In this document: positions 1 to 12,186 of the stretch, in pieces
Position numbering within the stretch: the first letter of the stretch is position 1
Layout: every line of letters begins with the position of its first letter
Position numbers and translations under genes: made by a program
DNA from: Gordius albopunctatus
Lineage: Eukaryota
Length of the DNA: 64,000 nt
Reading direction: 5' to 3'
NCBI GenBank assembly: GCA_964276515.1
Contig: OZ193909.1
Span: forward strand, 8,742,001 to 8,806,000
The notes under the pieces: model-generated
Databases searched by the model: none
The model's input: only the letters and a program-made list of their open reading frames with translations
Told to the model about the DNA's origin: nothing

Positions 1-61
1 TGCATTAAATTTGAAATTGCTTTAAAAAATAGGATATGAATAGCTGGTAATTTTATTTAAC

Positions 62-426
62 TTCTAACTCTAAAACATTGAGCATTTGTTCCTTTTGTCG
101 ATTTGACATTTTATCAGATATAATAGTCATTATAGGTGTTGAATATGGGTAGTCATTAGGAAGGGAAAATTGTAAAATACAATTATCTAATAAGTTAAAA
201 CATACAATAATAATCTATTACCAAAGGTATTAGAATTCTCAAGACTTTGACATAGCCTGATCTGAAACTGTAAATTTTTATTATTTTTTGAATGAATTTC
301 TAGCAAAAGATGAAACATTATATCAAATTTAAAACCTGTAATATCATCAAGAAATATCATCCTTAATGCCTCTAGCTCAATTTCTTGTTCCTCTTTACAG
401 CCAGACGCCTTATTGGTGAGAGGCAT
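62..426 (-). CDS. RWDD1: RWD-domain protein, RWDD1-like; first three coding exons (426-336, 299-222, 186-62), gene continues toward/past the window start
   Basis: Splicing GT-AG introns 335-300 (36 nt) and 221-187 (35 nt) gives MPLTNKASGCKEEQEIELEALRMIFLDDITEIHSKNNKNLQFQIRLCQSLENSNTFDNCILQFSLPNDYPYSTPIMTIISDKMSNRQKEQMLNVLELE. It has the RWD N-terminal EEQxxELEAL helix and YPxxxP motif. RWDD1 versus another RWD gene is from recalled similarity only. Confidence 0.7.
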
Positions 427-599
427 AATCTGAGTAATAAAGGGACCGATCTTACACGATCCAAATTTTTGGACTAGATAAACGATCCATAATTCCTTAT
501 GTAGTCAGGATTTGCTTAATGGGGGGGAAGCTGTCAAAAAAAATTTTCCACATTTTATTGTAATGAAATGAAGATTAAAAAGCAAAAAAGTCAGACCCA

Positions 600-1365
600 C
601 GGGCAGGCAACTAACCGAAATTTAGATATTCAAGTCAGCAAGGGTCGCACTGGGAGATGTACAAGAATGCAATAAGTATCGGGGATAGATTTGACGAGTC
701 ACGTAATGAAGGTGTGGTAAAAGGTTGTAGAAGCTAATCTCCAAAAAATAATCTAAATAGATGAACGACAATTTGGGTTCATGCCTAGAAAGTCAACTTC
801 AGATGCAATATATGGTCTTAGGCGACTTATGGAATTATATAAGGAAAAACAAAAGGTTCTTCATATGTGTTTTACCAATCTTGAGAAAGCCTTCGACAAA
901 GTGCCAAGGCAGTTGATATGGTATAGCCTGAGGTGTGCCCGACGCTTATATAATGTTAATAAAGGATATGTATAGAAATGCAAAAACCAAAGTTCAAACA
1001 TCCAGCGGTACATCAAAGGGATTCAGTCTAAAAGTCGGTGTGCACTAAGGATTGCCCCAAAGTCCTTGCTCTTTATAACAATAATGGATGAAAACGAAGA
1101 AACTGAAACGCGAATCACCTTGGGCAATAGTCTTTGCGGATGATATAGTATTGTGCGCCTCAGATGTGGAATTAGAAGCAGGTAAAAGTGTAGATGGAGC
1201 GAATTAAAAGCAAAGCCTTAGGGTCAACCCAGATAAAACTTAATATGTATGCTTGGAGTCGGGCAATGAATACAAAGAAACACACCTGCAAATCGATGAT
1301 TGGTGTTTAAGAAGTAGAAAGGAATTTAAATATTTTAGTTCTAGGGTACAATGTGATGGGGGTGT
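600..1365 (+). mobile_element. Degenerate RTE-clade LINE, reverse transcriptase fragment
   Basis: Frames give YRGI, ERQFGFMPRKSTSDAIYGLRRLME, NLEKAFDKVPR, FADDIVLC and FKYFSS, broken by stops and frameshifts (ORFs 781-975, 1253-1459). Confidence 0.85.
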
Positions 1366-1669
1366 GAATTTTTTTTTGGGCCCCCCGGGCTCCCCCCTGA
1401 AAGAAACCCTGATGATAATAATAAAAAATGCTAATATTTTTAATTATGTAACGTTTTAAACAACTATTACTTACTAGTAAACAAATATTAAAAGGTGTAT
1501 GTCTGGTGGCCATTTATAGGATTTGCAAAATAGCACTTCAGATGCAAACCAACGATTCCAAAAATGTCCTATAAAAACATAGAAAAGTAATTTAAACCCA
1601 AAAATACCTAGATGATCTAATTTATTAGAATATATTATGCCATTATCACCGGAGCCCATTAATGTTCAG

Positions 1670-2930
1670 CTTATGGTCCTTTCTTCTTTATAAAGATAGT
1701 GAATACTTTTAAAAAGTGTTTGAGTAAGGAAGCACCTTGGGGAGGGATGTTTACAGACAATATAATCCTGTGTGCCAAAGGGCAACATCAATTTAGACTG
1801 GCAAATGCAATAAAATAAAGTGGTTTCATGTTAATTTGAAATTAAAAAGAGTAGATGTAGACAAGGTTTAAATTATTTAATTGCATGGGAACTTAAAAAT
1901 TATAATCCTTTAATATGTAGGATCTAGACTTCAAGTAGATGATGGGATGGATAAAGAGATCCAAACGAGGATGAATGCTGCATAGTCCAAATGGAAATAT
2001 TTAATCAGGGTTTAGTGTGGCAATAAGATTCCGACATAAATGATATATGAACTCTATAAGTAAATTAAACAGCCAATAGTATGGGAGAGCTCAAAATCAT
2101 GTGCTACCAAAAATTCAAAAGTGACATTTAGCCTCTATAGAGATGAGAATGTTAGATGAATGTTAGATAAAGCAAGAAGGAACACAAACGCAGCGATAAC
2201 TTAAGGAGCACCCTGAGTATTAATTTATGAAGACAAAGCATATAGCAAACAGGCTAAGATACTATCGCCATTTAGAGAGACGATATAATGGCTACGTCGA
2301 AAGGAAAATTTAGGGGTTTTTTTTAGCGGAAAACGCTAATCAGAGAGATCGAGGCTTACCCCGCGTTCGTGATGACGCGCGAAGCGGAAAAAAGCGAAGT
2401 GAATTTTTGTGCCAATTCATCAAACTTTTCATTATTTTTCTTAATATCTTTGTATTCATCGTGAATTTTATCATATATCACGAAAATAACAATTGTAAAT
2501 ATGAGGTGTTTATAGTGAAACCGCAGACGATTGTTTTCGCCCGCGGCAAAAAGCGAACGAAAATATGATACAAATCATTTTGTACTTTTCGCGCAATGGT
2601 TAAAAAATTGAATTTGCTATGTATGTATTTTTTATATAATTCTATATTTTTATAGAATAATTACTATCTTATCAATGAATACCATTGATATATGCTAAAT
2701 TTCATGGTGAATATAAAGATATTAATAAAAAAATTAAAAGTTTGATAAATTAGCCCAAAAATTCACTTCGCTTTTTTTCGCTTTCGCGCGTTATCACGAA
2801 CGCGGGGTTACATGGAATTACAAAATATGAAATTATATGAAAACATATAAATCAAATAAAGGATGTGTAAATATAGACACAAAAAGAAATTAATTTTGAA
2901 AAGACTAAGCACCAACTATTTAAAAATAGA
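1670..2930 (+). mobile_element. Degenerate RTE-clade LINE 3' part, interrupted by a MITE
   Basis: Collinear DNA similarity with the intact RTE fragment 9036-9918 (gatgggatggataaagagatccaaac, gagatgagaatgtt, gaaaagactaagcacca). Many stops. Confidence 0.75.
2359..2807. mobile_element. MITE with long terminal inverted repeats and 3-bp TTA target duplication
   Basis: Starts CCCCGCGTTCGTGATGACGCGCGAAGCG and ends CGCTTTCGCGCGTTATCACGAACGCGGGG, with imperfect TIR over about 100 bp. TTA at 2356-2358 and 2808-2810. The RTE host sequence resumes after it. Confidence 0.85.
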
Positions 2931-3039
2931 TGAACTACATTCTATGTGATAATTACTCTTAAATAATAATTGAATTAAATTATTTTGTTTAAATATGTAT
3001 TTACGAATGGTAGAAATTGGTTAAAAAAATATATAAAGC

Positions 3040-5700
3040 AAAAACATTAGAATGGGCATTGAGTCGATCATGGAATAAAATTGGATTTAGCGATGGCAAT
3101 GGCGATTGATTGTCTTAATAGAAAACTATTCGATATTTTTGAAGAAGGCGAGCGTTTATTAAGTTCTTTAAAAAAATTTAAAGCGCTCTTCCCAAACGTC
3201 CCTGAGCACGACGAAACGATATAAACAAAAATGGAGGTTTCTGGTAAAGCAGAACAGGTTGTAGTCCCATTTTATAAAATGGCCTTTGTACAATGGGACA
3301 AGTGACATATCGTCAGGACGCATTCGTCCTTCAAGAGAGGGATCTCACGGTACAAGGATGAAGGGAACTTTTTCCCGTTTGAGGGCAGCTTGTAACAATG
3401 TATATATTTTTTGGTGCCTACTATACCGGCTTTTGTTAAATTTACAATGCAGAGGGTGACGCGCTTCCTCATTTACAAGTGAATTAACAACCCAAACGGA
3501 GGGCTATGTTGAACGATACATTGATTCCCGAAAACTTACTAGGGTAAGCTTCAAGCCAATCATGACCGAATAGGTCAAAAGCCAATGATCTAAGATTGCA
3601 ATGCTGTTTGGCGTCGCATGTCGAGAGAAGTTAAGCAAAGGACCGCGACACCAAACTTGCATCCAAATCTTTTTGGGCCTATGATTGTGGAATGTCAACA
3701 CCTAGATTGACATTCTCATTCCATAGAAATAAGGCTTGATTGATGTAGAGGTGTGAGAAAGGGACGAGGTCGTTAATAGGATGTTTAAAAGATAGGGAGG
3801 AAGAAATGGGAAATCGCAGTTGGTGAGGGAATACCTAGAAGAGTGGCTTGAAGCCAAGTATTTGTGTTAAAAGATATATTTAAAATTGATTTGAGTGTGG
3901 ATTTAAAAAAGCTCTCGTAATTGTGTAAAACATCTTTAAACAAAAATGCTTGCATGGAGCGGAAACAGAATACAATTTTGCTTATGTTGTAGTAATTATT
4001 TATAATATAGAAGGAATTATGAGATGGCATGGATTTAAAAATGTCTAATTTGGTTTTTAACAAAGTTTAATCAAAGTGTAATACAGTTTATCAAACTGAT
4101 TTCTTACTCGTACTAGGATGATGGAAAAATGTGAAAGGTAATGAGATCAAACTTTATTAATGATCTTTTTATCGCTCACACTCTCGCGTAATAAATAATA
4201 TTTTGGCAAAGTTAAAGAAATTTGGGTTAATAATATCCATGTTCGAATATATTTCACTTTTGAGGCGTTTAAAGATAAGTATAAAGGGGGGGGGAGGCAT
4301 GGATTACATCTAGTGCTTGGACTAGGTTTTCGGGTGTGCTGAAAAGAGTGGCGTCATCTAGATAACAGACATTAAGGATGAGTTTACAATGTTTGTAAAT
4401 TTTATTAATTAGGTGATTCATAGCCAAACTGAATAAAGGAGGGCTTAAAGGGTCGCCTTGTTGGATCGCTTCTGCGGATTCAAGGAATAACTCTCCAAAT
4501 TTCAAAATCGAAGGGCATATATGGCTTAAAATGATGTAGTTGGAGTATTGAGGAAATATCCTGATACAATGATTTATGAAAGCTGTGCGACGAATGCTAT
4601 TGAAAACATTTTTAAAGTCCATTTTAAAAAGAAGTCCCCCAGAGGTAGGTGTTCCAGGGCTAAGCGTGCGGCATGAGTAGATATCTCGCACCCTCCTTTG
4701 ACCCCAAAGCTTAGTTGATGCGGAATTAAAACCGGGGTCAACATGGGTTTGATGGATGAACAAATTAATTTAGAAATAATTCTTCGAAAGACACCGCCGA
4801 TAGCGATAGGCCAGGCTGAATTTTCGGCCAGGGTTAAAAAAATTTGGTGAGTATAAGTCTAGTAAAATGGAGATGTTTCATTATATTGTTTTAAGAGATT
4901 TTAAAAAATTGGTGTTATGTTGTCGAGACCACTTGCAGAATCCATAGGAAAGAATAAGATGGCATTTAATATGTCTGATGACTTAAAAGCAATATCTGAA
5001 GGTTGCGAAGACGATAGGTAGGTTAAATATAGGCTCTAGGGATGCTTGAGAACCACTTCTTCATGTGATTTTTGTGAGGACTCAAAAATGAATTATCTTC
5101 ATTATCTTCTTCAAGGTATCTCATTGAGCTTTTTATTTTAATTGAATCGATTTTTTAGAGAATATATTAGCTTTTTGTTTAAGGGTTAATATTAAGGATT
5201 CCTCTCTATCCATTTTGACTATCAAAGTTTAAAACTGATGGTTTATAATTATTATAAGTGATACTTGCTTCTTTGTCCTGATCTTGCGGACTTGATAAAA
5301 TGTAAAAAGAGAATTTAAATAATTTCTCCCAATAGTATATGTTCTGAGGGAGAGAAATAATATTGTTGAGTAAGTTTAAAGACTGCTGCATGCACGCACG
5401 GGCCCCCTTGGAATTTTGGAGATGTTGGTGGAAATGGCTGAGATAAAAAGGCTGTGCTCCAAGTCATATCATTTTTTAATTTGTGGTTTAGTAGGCTTGA
5501 TATGGTTTTAGATTAAGAACATCTGTACCAGCAGGGCAGAAATTAATGTTATCTTCCAATATTAAGGAGATAGTGGGCATGTAATATTTGGGAGTGCCAG
5601 ATTAAGGCTTTTAAAAGGACCATTTATTGCACATTTGAATTTTATCAGAGATTAAAAATATCTATTCAGATGAACACTGGCGATTTATAGTAAGATTCTG
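3040..5700 (-). mobile_element. Degenerate CRE-like (restriction-like endonuclease) non-LTR retrotransposon
   Basis: Minus frames give PIAIGGVFRRIISK, QLSFGVKGGCEISTHAAR, KMDFKNVFNSIRR, QQGDPLSPPLFSL, LNVCYLDDATL, WLQATL and a C-terminal GTFGKSALNFFKEL...RQSIAIAIAKSN. This is the motif series of CRE-clade ORFs. Many stops and frameshifts; ends approximate. Confidence 0.75.
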
Positions 5701-5850
5701 AGTTAATAAAAATGTTGGAAACATGATTTATGACATGATTTATGGTGAGTAAAATTAATGATAACATTAGTAGAATTGCATTAATTATGTGTATAGAAAA
5801 AGTAACTGCATATATATATTAATTGCTATGCAATTTATGGGTTATATATA

Positions 5851-6000
5851 TCTATATATATATAATTCTCGTGTCACGGTGTTTGGTCCTCAACTCCTCC
5901 GAAACGGCTGGACCGAATTAGATGGAAATCTCTGCGAATATTTGGTAGGTCTGAGCCTAGGTTTTTAACTATATTCCAAATCTCTAAATTATAAGACGGT
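5851..6000 (+). mobile_element. Probable 5' end of a non-autonomous Helitron
   Basis: A|TCTATATATATATAATTCTCGTGTC...CTCCTCCGAAACGGCTGGACCGAATT resembles the 5'-TC terminus plus AAACGGCTG.ACCGATT core common in animal Helitrons. The 3' CTAG/hairpin end was not located. Confidence 0.5.
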
Positions 6001-7039
6001 CAAGTTATTTAGGTCTATACGTTTTGACGTTTAATAAAATGTCAATCAAACGCAACCTCATGACGTAATGCGTATCTATCCTGTTCTTTGAAAATTTCAA
6101 TATACAGTTCTTTAGTAAAAGTGTATCTACATCACTTATAGTATTTTCTAGTATGCTGCGGAAAATGGAAACTTTTTACGATTTGAAATATTAAATCAAA
6201 GTCATTTTTTGCTTATTTTTCGCGTCAATTATTATTATAGGACGGTAGTGTCCCTCCCTGGGTGGCTAAATAAATTAAAAAATCTAATTTTGTCATTTTT
6301 TGCGCGTTAAATAAGGAGAAAAATGAAAATACTTTCAACAAAGTGCCAATAAATGTTGATATATTTCAGTTCTTCGGACCTCTAAGATGGGCTCCGCCCC
6401 TAACTCCTAACAAGATTATTGTCCTCGGTTATTTGGTGTTAGGTAGCGCCCCCGGGGCCCATGTTGTTTTTCGAGAACCTTTAACCTAAGCTCTTCTACA
6501 CTTCGTTGAAAAACATTTCATTTGCTGTGAAATTTAAGCTGGGGAGAAAAACGGACTTTAATGTTTGTATACCGGTTGCTTTAAGTTTTTATGAATTATC
6601 TGAACACACTAATAGCTTATTGACCAAAGTAAGGCTTGTGGGCAATGCTTTTTTACGACCCTTCATAATATCTCAGTTTTTAATGCTGTATATCTAGGCA
6701 TATTTTAAACGAAAAGGAGGATTTGCTTAGGAAGTTAGGGGATATTCGCATGTTTCAGAAATAAACGAGATCAATGTTGTTGATCCGGACTCGATTTGGG
6801 CGCAAAAATAAAAATGGCTTTTCGCCTGTGGCCGAACTACTCATACAAATTTAGTAAGACAGTGGTCATTTTATGGAGAATTTTAAACCTGTACTGTGGA
6901 TTATTAAAATAATTTAATAGTGATAGAATACATGTGAACAACAAAGAGAGTTTAAAAAAACCTTATTTTTTGTCGAACTTGACATTATGATAATAAATTA
7001 ATTAAGGAATTAAAAATTGATTAATAAGCATCGGCATTA

Positions 7040-7358
7040 AACACCAAGGAAGGAAAGCTTATAAAAGCCACAGAGATGAGAATTCTAAAGCTCGATCATA
7101 TACCGAATGACTTTCTCATGACAAAAATGAAATGAATATTCAACCTATAGCGGACATTATTAACGAAAATCGGTTAAGGTGGTATGAAGATATACTAAGG
7201 GGGACACGAATGACAGAGAGGAAGAGGACGACCCCGTATCACATGGAACGGGCAAGGCGATAAAGTTATGAAAACGGTACTCACCCGGTCAAGATGCAAG
7301 AAACTTATCAAAACAAACCCCACGACCGTGGAACCAAATAACTGATAGAAGAAGAAGA
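7040..7358 (+). mobile_element. RTE-clade LINE 3' fragment with (GAA)n tail
   Basis: Matches the 3' end of the element at 57200-59650 (gaatgactttctcatgacaaaaatg, gtggaaccaaataactgat) and ends agaagaagaaga. Confidence 0.8.
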
Positions 7359-7791
7359 TTCAAACAAAGGGCTTCACCCCTGTACCCCGACTGGGGCTGC
7401 CCCTCTAAACCTTACTCAAGGGGCTCCGCCCCTTAAACCCTGTCTACTTGCTGTCTTTGTGTGACCTTATTAGGCGCCTCTAAATTCGTATGGGAGCATT
7501 CATTTTCTATGCAATTTAAGCAATAGTAAAAATTAAAGGAGGGAAAATTGAGGGTAAATGGTCGGGCTACGTCTATAATGGTACCTGTTGGCTTAAACTA
7601 CACAATATATCAGCAAAACATGATAACAATGAGACCCTATTGCAATAAGGCTCGGTTGGCGGCCAATGATATACCTAAAGTTTCTAAGCTGATGTAAGTA
7701 GAATTGTAGTTTGCCCAAATAAGAGAAAAGCTGGACGCGCTAAAATATGTTCAGGCTTAAAAATAAAACCGATTTTCAGGGCGGGTTGGGG

Positions 7792-8405
7792 CGCAGCGAT
7801 AACTTAAGGAGCACCCTGAGTATTAATTTATGAAGACAAAGCATATAGCAAACAGGCTAATATACTATCGCCATTTAGAGAGACGATATAATGGCTACGT
7901 CGAAAGGAAAATTTAGGGGTTTTTTTTTAGCGGAAAACGCTAATCAGAGAGATCGAGGCTTACCCCGCGTTCGTGATGACGCGCGAAGCGGAAAAAAGCG
8001 AAGTTAATTTTTGTGCCAATTCATCAAACTTTTCATTATTTTTCTTAATATCTTTGTATTCATCGTGAATTTTATCATATATCACGAAAATAACAATTGT
8101 AAATATGAGGTGTTTATAGTGAAACCGCAGACGATTGTTTTCGCCCGCGGCAAAAAGTGAGCGAAAATAAGATACAAATCATTTTGTACTTTTCGCGCAA
8201 TGGTTAAAAAATTGAATGCGGTATGTACGTATTTTTATATAATTATATACTTTTATAGAATAATTACGATCTTATTAATGAATAACATTGATAAATGATA
8301 AATTTCACGGTGAATAGAAAGATATTAATAAAAAAATGAAGAGTTTGATTAATTAGCCCAAAAATTAACTTCGCTTTTTTTCGCTTCGCGCGTCATCACG
8401 AACGC
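7792..8405 (+). repeat. Direct copy of 2189-2803 (RTE flank plus MITE; MITE begins 7963)
   Basis: About 170 bp of RTE flank and the MITE are repeated. The right terminus GGGG|TTA is missing here. Confidence 0.9.
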
Positions 8406-8868
8406 AACCTTAGAGGGGGGCAGAATTAAAAAAAATTTCCTTATCAAAAATTTTCCTGGGAGCAAAAAAAAGGTCCTCGACTATCCAAAATTTTGATATA
8501 GGGAGGGGCAGTGGCTAATTAGGGAGGGGCAGTGACTAATTAGGGAGGGGCAAAACATAATTTTTTTAATTTTTAAGGGTTTTTGTATTGAAAAAATGTT
8601 TTATTTTAAAATTAGGGGGGGGGGGCTGCGTACGCCCATGAGAACATTGCCGATTCTGAAAACAATTAATAATGACATTATTAGTTTTACATTAATTATG
8701 GGTAATAGTAAAAAGTGATTGCATATTTATATTTAATAAGAATAAAGTATTAGAAGGATTAGGTTTCTGGAATCATCTGAGCGTATAGGCAGTGGCTTAG
8801 CTAGCCTTTTTGCCTTGGGGGGGGGGGGGGGGGGAGGGCTGAGCTGGTCAAACCATGGGCTTAGGTAG

Positions 8869-11474
8869 TAGTGATGCGGAAAACCCGAGAAAATTCTCGG
8901 TCTTGTCTCGTCTCAAAAAACCGAGACGAGACGAGAATTAGAAACATTTATCCGAGATCGAGACGAGAATTTGAATGTCGAGATGAGACGACTCGGCGAG
9001 ATCTCGACTTTTTATTGATCATTAGATGGATGTAAATCGCTCTTAGTCCCTTCCTATTCATAATGATAATGGATAATATTACCAAGGATTTGGGCGAGGA
9101 AGCTCCTTGGGCAATGATCTTTGCAGACGATATAATTCTCTGTGCCAAAAGTGAACAAGAATTGGCTAATACTGTAAATAGATGGATAAATGCAATAGAA
9201 GATAGTGGTCTCAGGGTAAATCGAAAGAAAACAGAATACATGAAGACAAAGTTTAAATCGGATGAAAACCAGCAAAGTGCAACCCTTACTTTAGGCGATT
9301 GGCAACTTACAAGTGTGGATTCCTTCAAATATTTAGGATCAACACTTCAATCGGATGGTGGAATGGATAAAGAAATCCAAGCAAGGATAAATTCCGAATG
9401 GCTCAAGTGGAGGGACTTGACAGGTGTTCTGTGCGACAAAAACATCCCGAGAAGACTAAAAGGCGCACTGTATAAATCCATCATACAGCCAACAGTCCTG
9501 TATAGCTCGGAATCATGGGCTATAAGTAAAAGAGACGAGCAACGTCTTGCGACCATGGAGATGAGAATGCTAAGATGGGTGCTAGGGGTAAGCAAAAAGG
9601 ACCATAGGCGAAATGAAGAAATAAGAAGAATTTTGGGTACTACATCAATTGCGACAAAGCTCTTAACAAATAGATTAAGATGGTATGGCCATGTCGAAAG
9701 AAGGGACGATAGCTACGTAGGAAAGAAAATCGAGATGATAAATTTCGCAGGAAAACGAAAGAGAGGAAGACCCAAGCTTACCTGGATTCATAAAATACGG
9801 CATGATATGAAAGTCCACAAGATAAAGAAAGATCTATGTAAACATAGAAACAAATGGAAACGAATGCTGAAAGGACTGACCACCAGCCTAGGTGACAAGC
9901 AGTCATAGAAAGAAGAAGGTTTAAGTAAATTATTGCGTATTTTTATTTGCATGATTTACATTCTAAGGTATTATATATAAATCCATATGATAGGAATATA
10001 TTTGATATTAAAATAACACCTGTGTAGTAAATATGATATATTTCTGAAAAAGTTTAAAATTTGGCAATATCAGTTCATTTACCTAGTATGTGAATAATCT
10101 AATAAAATTTTTATCCCTTTAGATTTTGAATGAGTTTTTATTGAATTTCGCAGTTTCTCATCCTGCATGATGCGGTAATTACAAATTGGTGGTCAATTAG
10201 TTAGAATAAAAATACATTGTTAAGCTAAGGTGGCTCGAGATTTTTTGAGCACACTAGCGTCATTTATTCCTGCCTAACGATTTCAAAAGTTCAATTGAGT
10301 ATTCGATGACACCCAAAGAGATGAAATCTTGAGTTTACTAGAAGTTTTCATCCTTTAACTAATAGTATACCTCCCAAAATTTTGAACCTTAATGAGACAT
10401 TATGTGAATGCATTGTTTTGTCATATGCACTACCTTTCATATTATAAACTGGGCTTGGCAGGTGCCTTCGAATTTACTATAATTTCTATAATTGTGGCAA
10501 TTGTGCAATACGAACTTATTCTGAACAAGATAAAAAACTATTTAATGGCAAAGTTAGTTAAAATTGGAAGGTAATTATTTAGATTACAAACTTGATTACA
10601 ATGATTTTTATCATAAAATAAAATATGTGCACTTTGAATAATGCTGCTTTTATTGTTGTTTTTACAATGTTTTAATATATGCAACTAGTTATCAATTCAC
10701 TAAATAACAATATGTCGTTTATAACGCTATCGTAAATATGCAATAAACTCTATGGGCTATAATTGAGGATGGTAATATCAATGGACTTAAACGTTTGCCT
10801 TAAATATGTTTAGGTCAGCTTTTAGGCTTTAGCCAGAGTTAATAAGGGATCTCAATATGCCCAAATTTATAACTAAGTCAAATATAGGTGAACTTATAAA
10901 TTTATAAGTCTATTTATATTTGACAGACACAGTGAATTTGATACAAACGTTATAATTTGCTACAATTTTAAAATTTAATAAGGTCTTTAATTTAGCAGTT
11001 AGTTAGTATATTTATTACATATAAGTTTCAGCTATAAAACAGAGTACAGGTCTAAACTCAAATATAAAAAGTCCATTAAATTCTAAATTTATTGCATAAT
11101 TATGCTATTCTATATATTAAACAAAAGGAGGTCCTTTCGGGCTATACTTCAAATTTATTCATAGTTTTTTAATTTGCACTTTCCAAAAAAATGTTATCTT
11201 TAGAAATTAGTTCATATCCTTTTCCTTATATTGTCAGTGTGATGTCGTGTAGCGCTAAATCTTTAAAAAGTTTGTGAATTAAAGTTTTTAAAAATATAAA
11301 GGTTTGGATATTTTAACACTTTTTAATAATTTTAATAAAATAGGAAAAAATTTTATTTCGTATAATTAAGTCGAGACAAGATTTTCCTAAACCGAGACGA
11401 GATTTCCAAAATCGTTCCCGAGACGAGACGAGATTTCGCTTTCGAGACCGACACGAAACGAGATCGAAACACTA
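8869..11474 (+). mobile_element. Non-autonomous hAT-type DNA transposon
   Basis: TAGTG...CACTA termini and subterminal GAGACGAGA arrays at both ends. 8-bp TSD TTAGGTAG (8861-8868) / GTAGGTAG (11475-11482). Remnant of the hAT dimerisation domain (NWWS...VARDFLS) near 10180-10280. Confidence 0.8.
9036..9918 (+). mobile_element. 5'-truncated RTE-clade LINE with uninterrupted C-terminal RT ORF (9063-9908), nested in the hAT element
   Basis: SALSPFLF, FADDIILC, FKYLGS, LYSSESW, MEMRMLRW, RLRWYGHVERR and GKRKRGRPK. Short GAA tail just after the stop. Confidence 0.92.
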
Positions 11475-11689
11475 GTAGGTAGGGGGGGGGGCAAAATAAT
11501 TTACTACGAAAACCCTTAAAAATTAAAAATATTTATGTTTTGCCCTCCCCCTCCCAATCCAAAACCTGGATAAGACTATGGGTCAAATGCAATTTAAAAT
11601 TTTTTCCCTCATAAATGTTGGACAAACTTAAAATTCCGCTACTACTTTGTGTCATCACACTGGTCCCCTCATGTAAATATGACATAAAA

Positions 11690-12069
11690 TAAATAAAATT
11701 TATCCATAAATAAAACAAAGTAATGTAGTTGAAAGTGAAACAATATAGAAAATTTTACATGGTATAATAAGTTTTGTATAAATGAATTGTAAGGGAATTT
11801 GACATTTTAAAAAATAATACAAGTTAAAAAATTATATAATTAAGTATTTATAAAAATTATTGACACAACGCCAAAAATAGTGGCAATATATATAACGAAT
11901 TCTAATTTTACATATGCAATATTGGCAGCATTTTCAGGCACCATTTATATTAGGAAAACGATCATAACATTTAAAAGCTTTTTTAAGGTGATCTTCAAAA
12001 GGCGTAATTATAACATAAAATATAAAAAAAAATTAATTATAAAATTAAAATTCGTTCGAGAATGAGTAT
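11690..12069 (+). mobile_element. Left part of a hAT (ZMYM1-like/DUF4371-type) transposase fossil, cut by the Mag insertion
   Basis: Reverse-complement homolog of 15964-16372. The uninterrupted homolog continues into sequence matching 30213+ and 43528+. Confidence 0.65.
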
Positions 12070-12160
12070 TGTAGTAATTGTTTATTATTCAAATTATATC
12101 ACATGTTCTTCTATATATCGCGGTACAATACATTACAATGATGATACTACATTTACTACA
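12070..12160 (-). repeat. 3' LTR (91 bp) of Mag-clade Gypsy element
   Basis: TGTAGTAA...TTACTACA termini. Adjacent polypurine tract (minus strand AAAAGGGGGACAAA, 12161-12174). One mismatch to the LTRs at 30122-30212 and 43437-43527. Confidence 0.92.
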
Positions 12161-12186
12161 TTTGTCCCCCTTTTCGTTGACAGACA

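Noticed and set aside
6506..6950. Possible transposase or helicase remnant downstream of the Helitron-like end
   Set aside because: No motif could be assigned with confidence in any frame.
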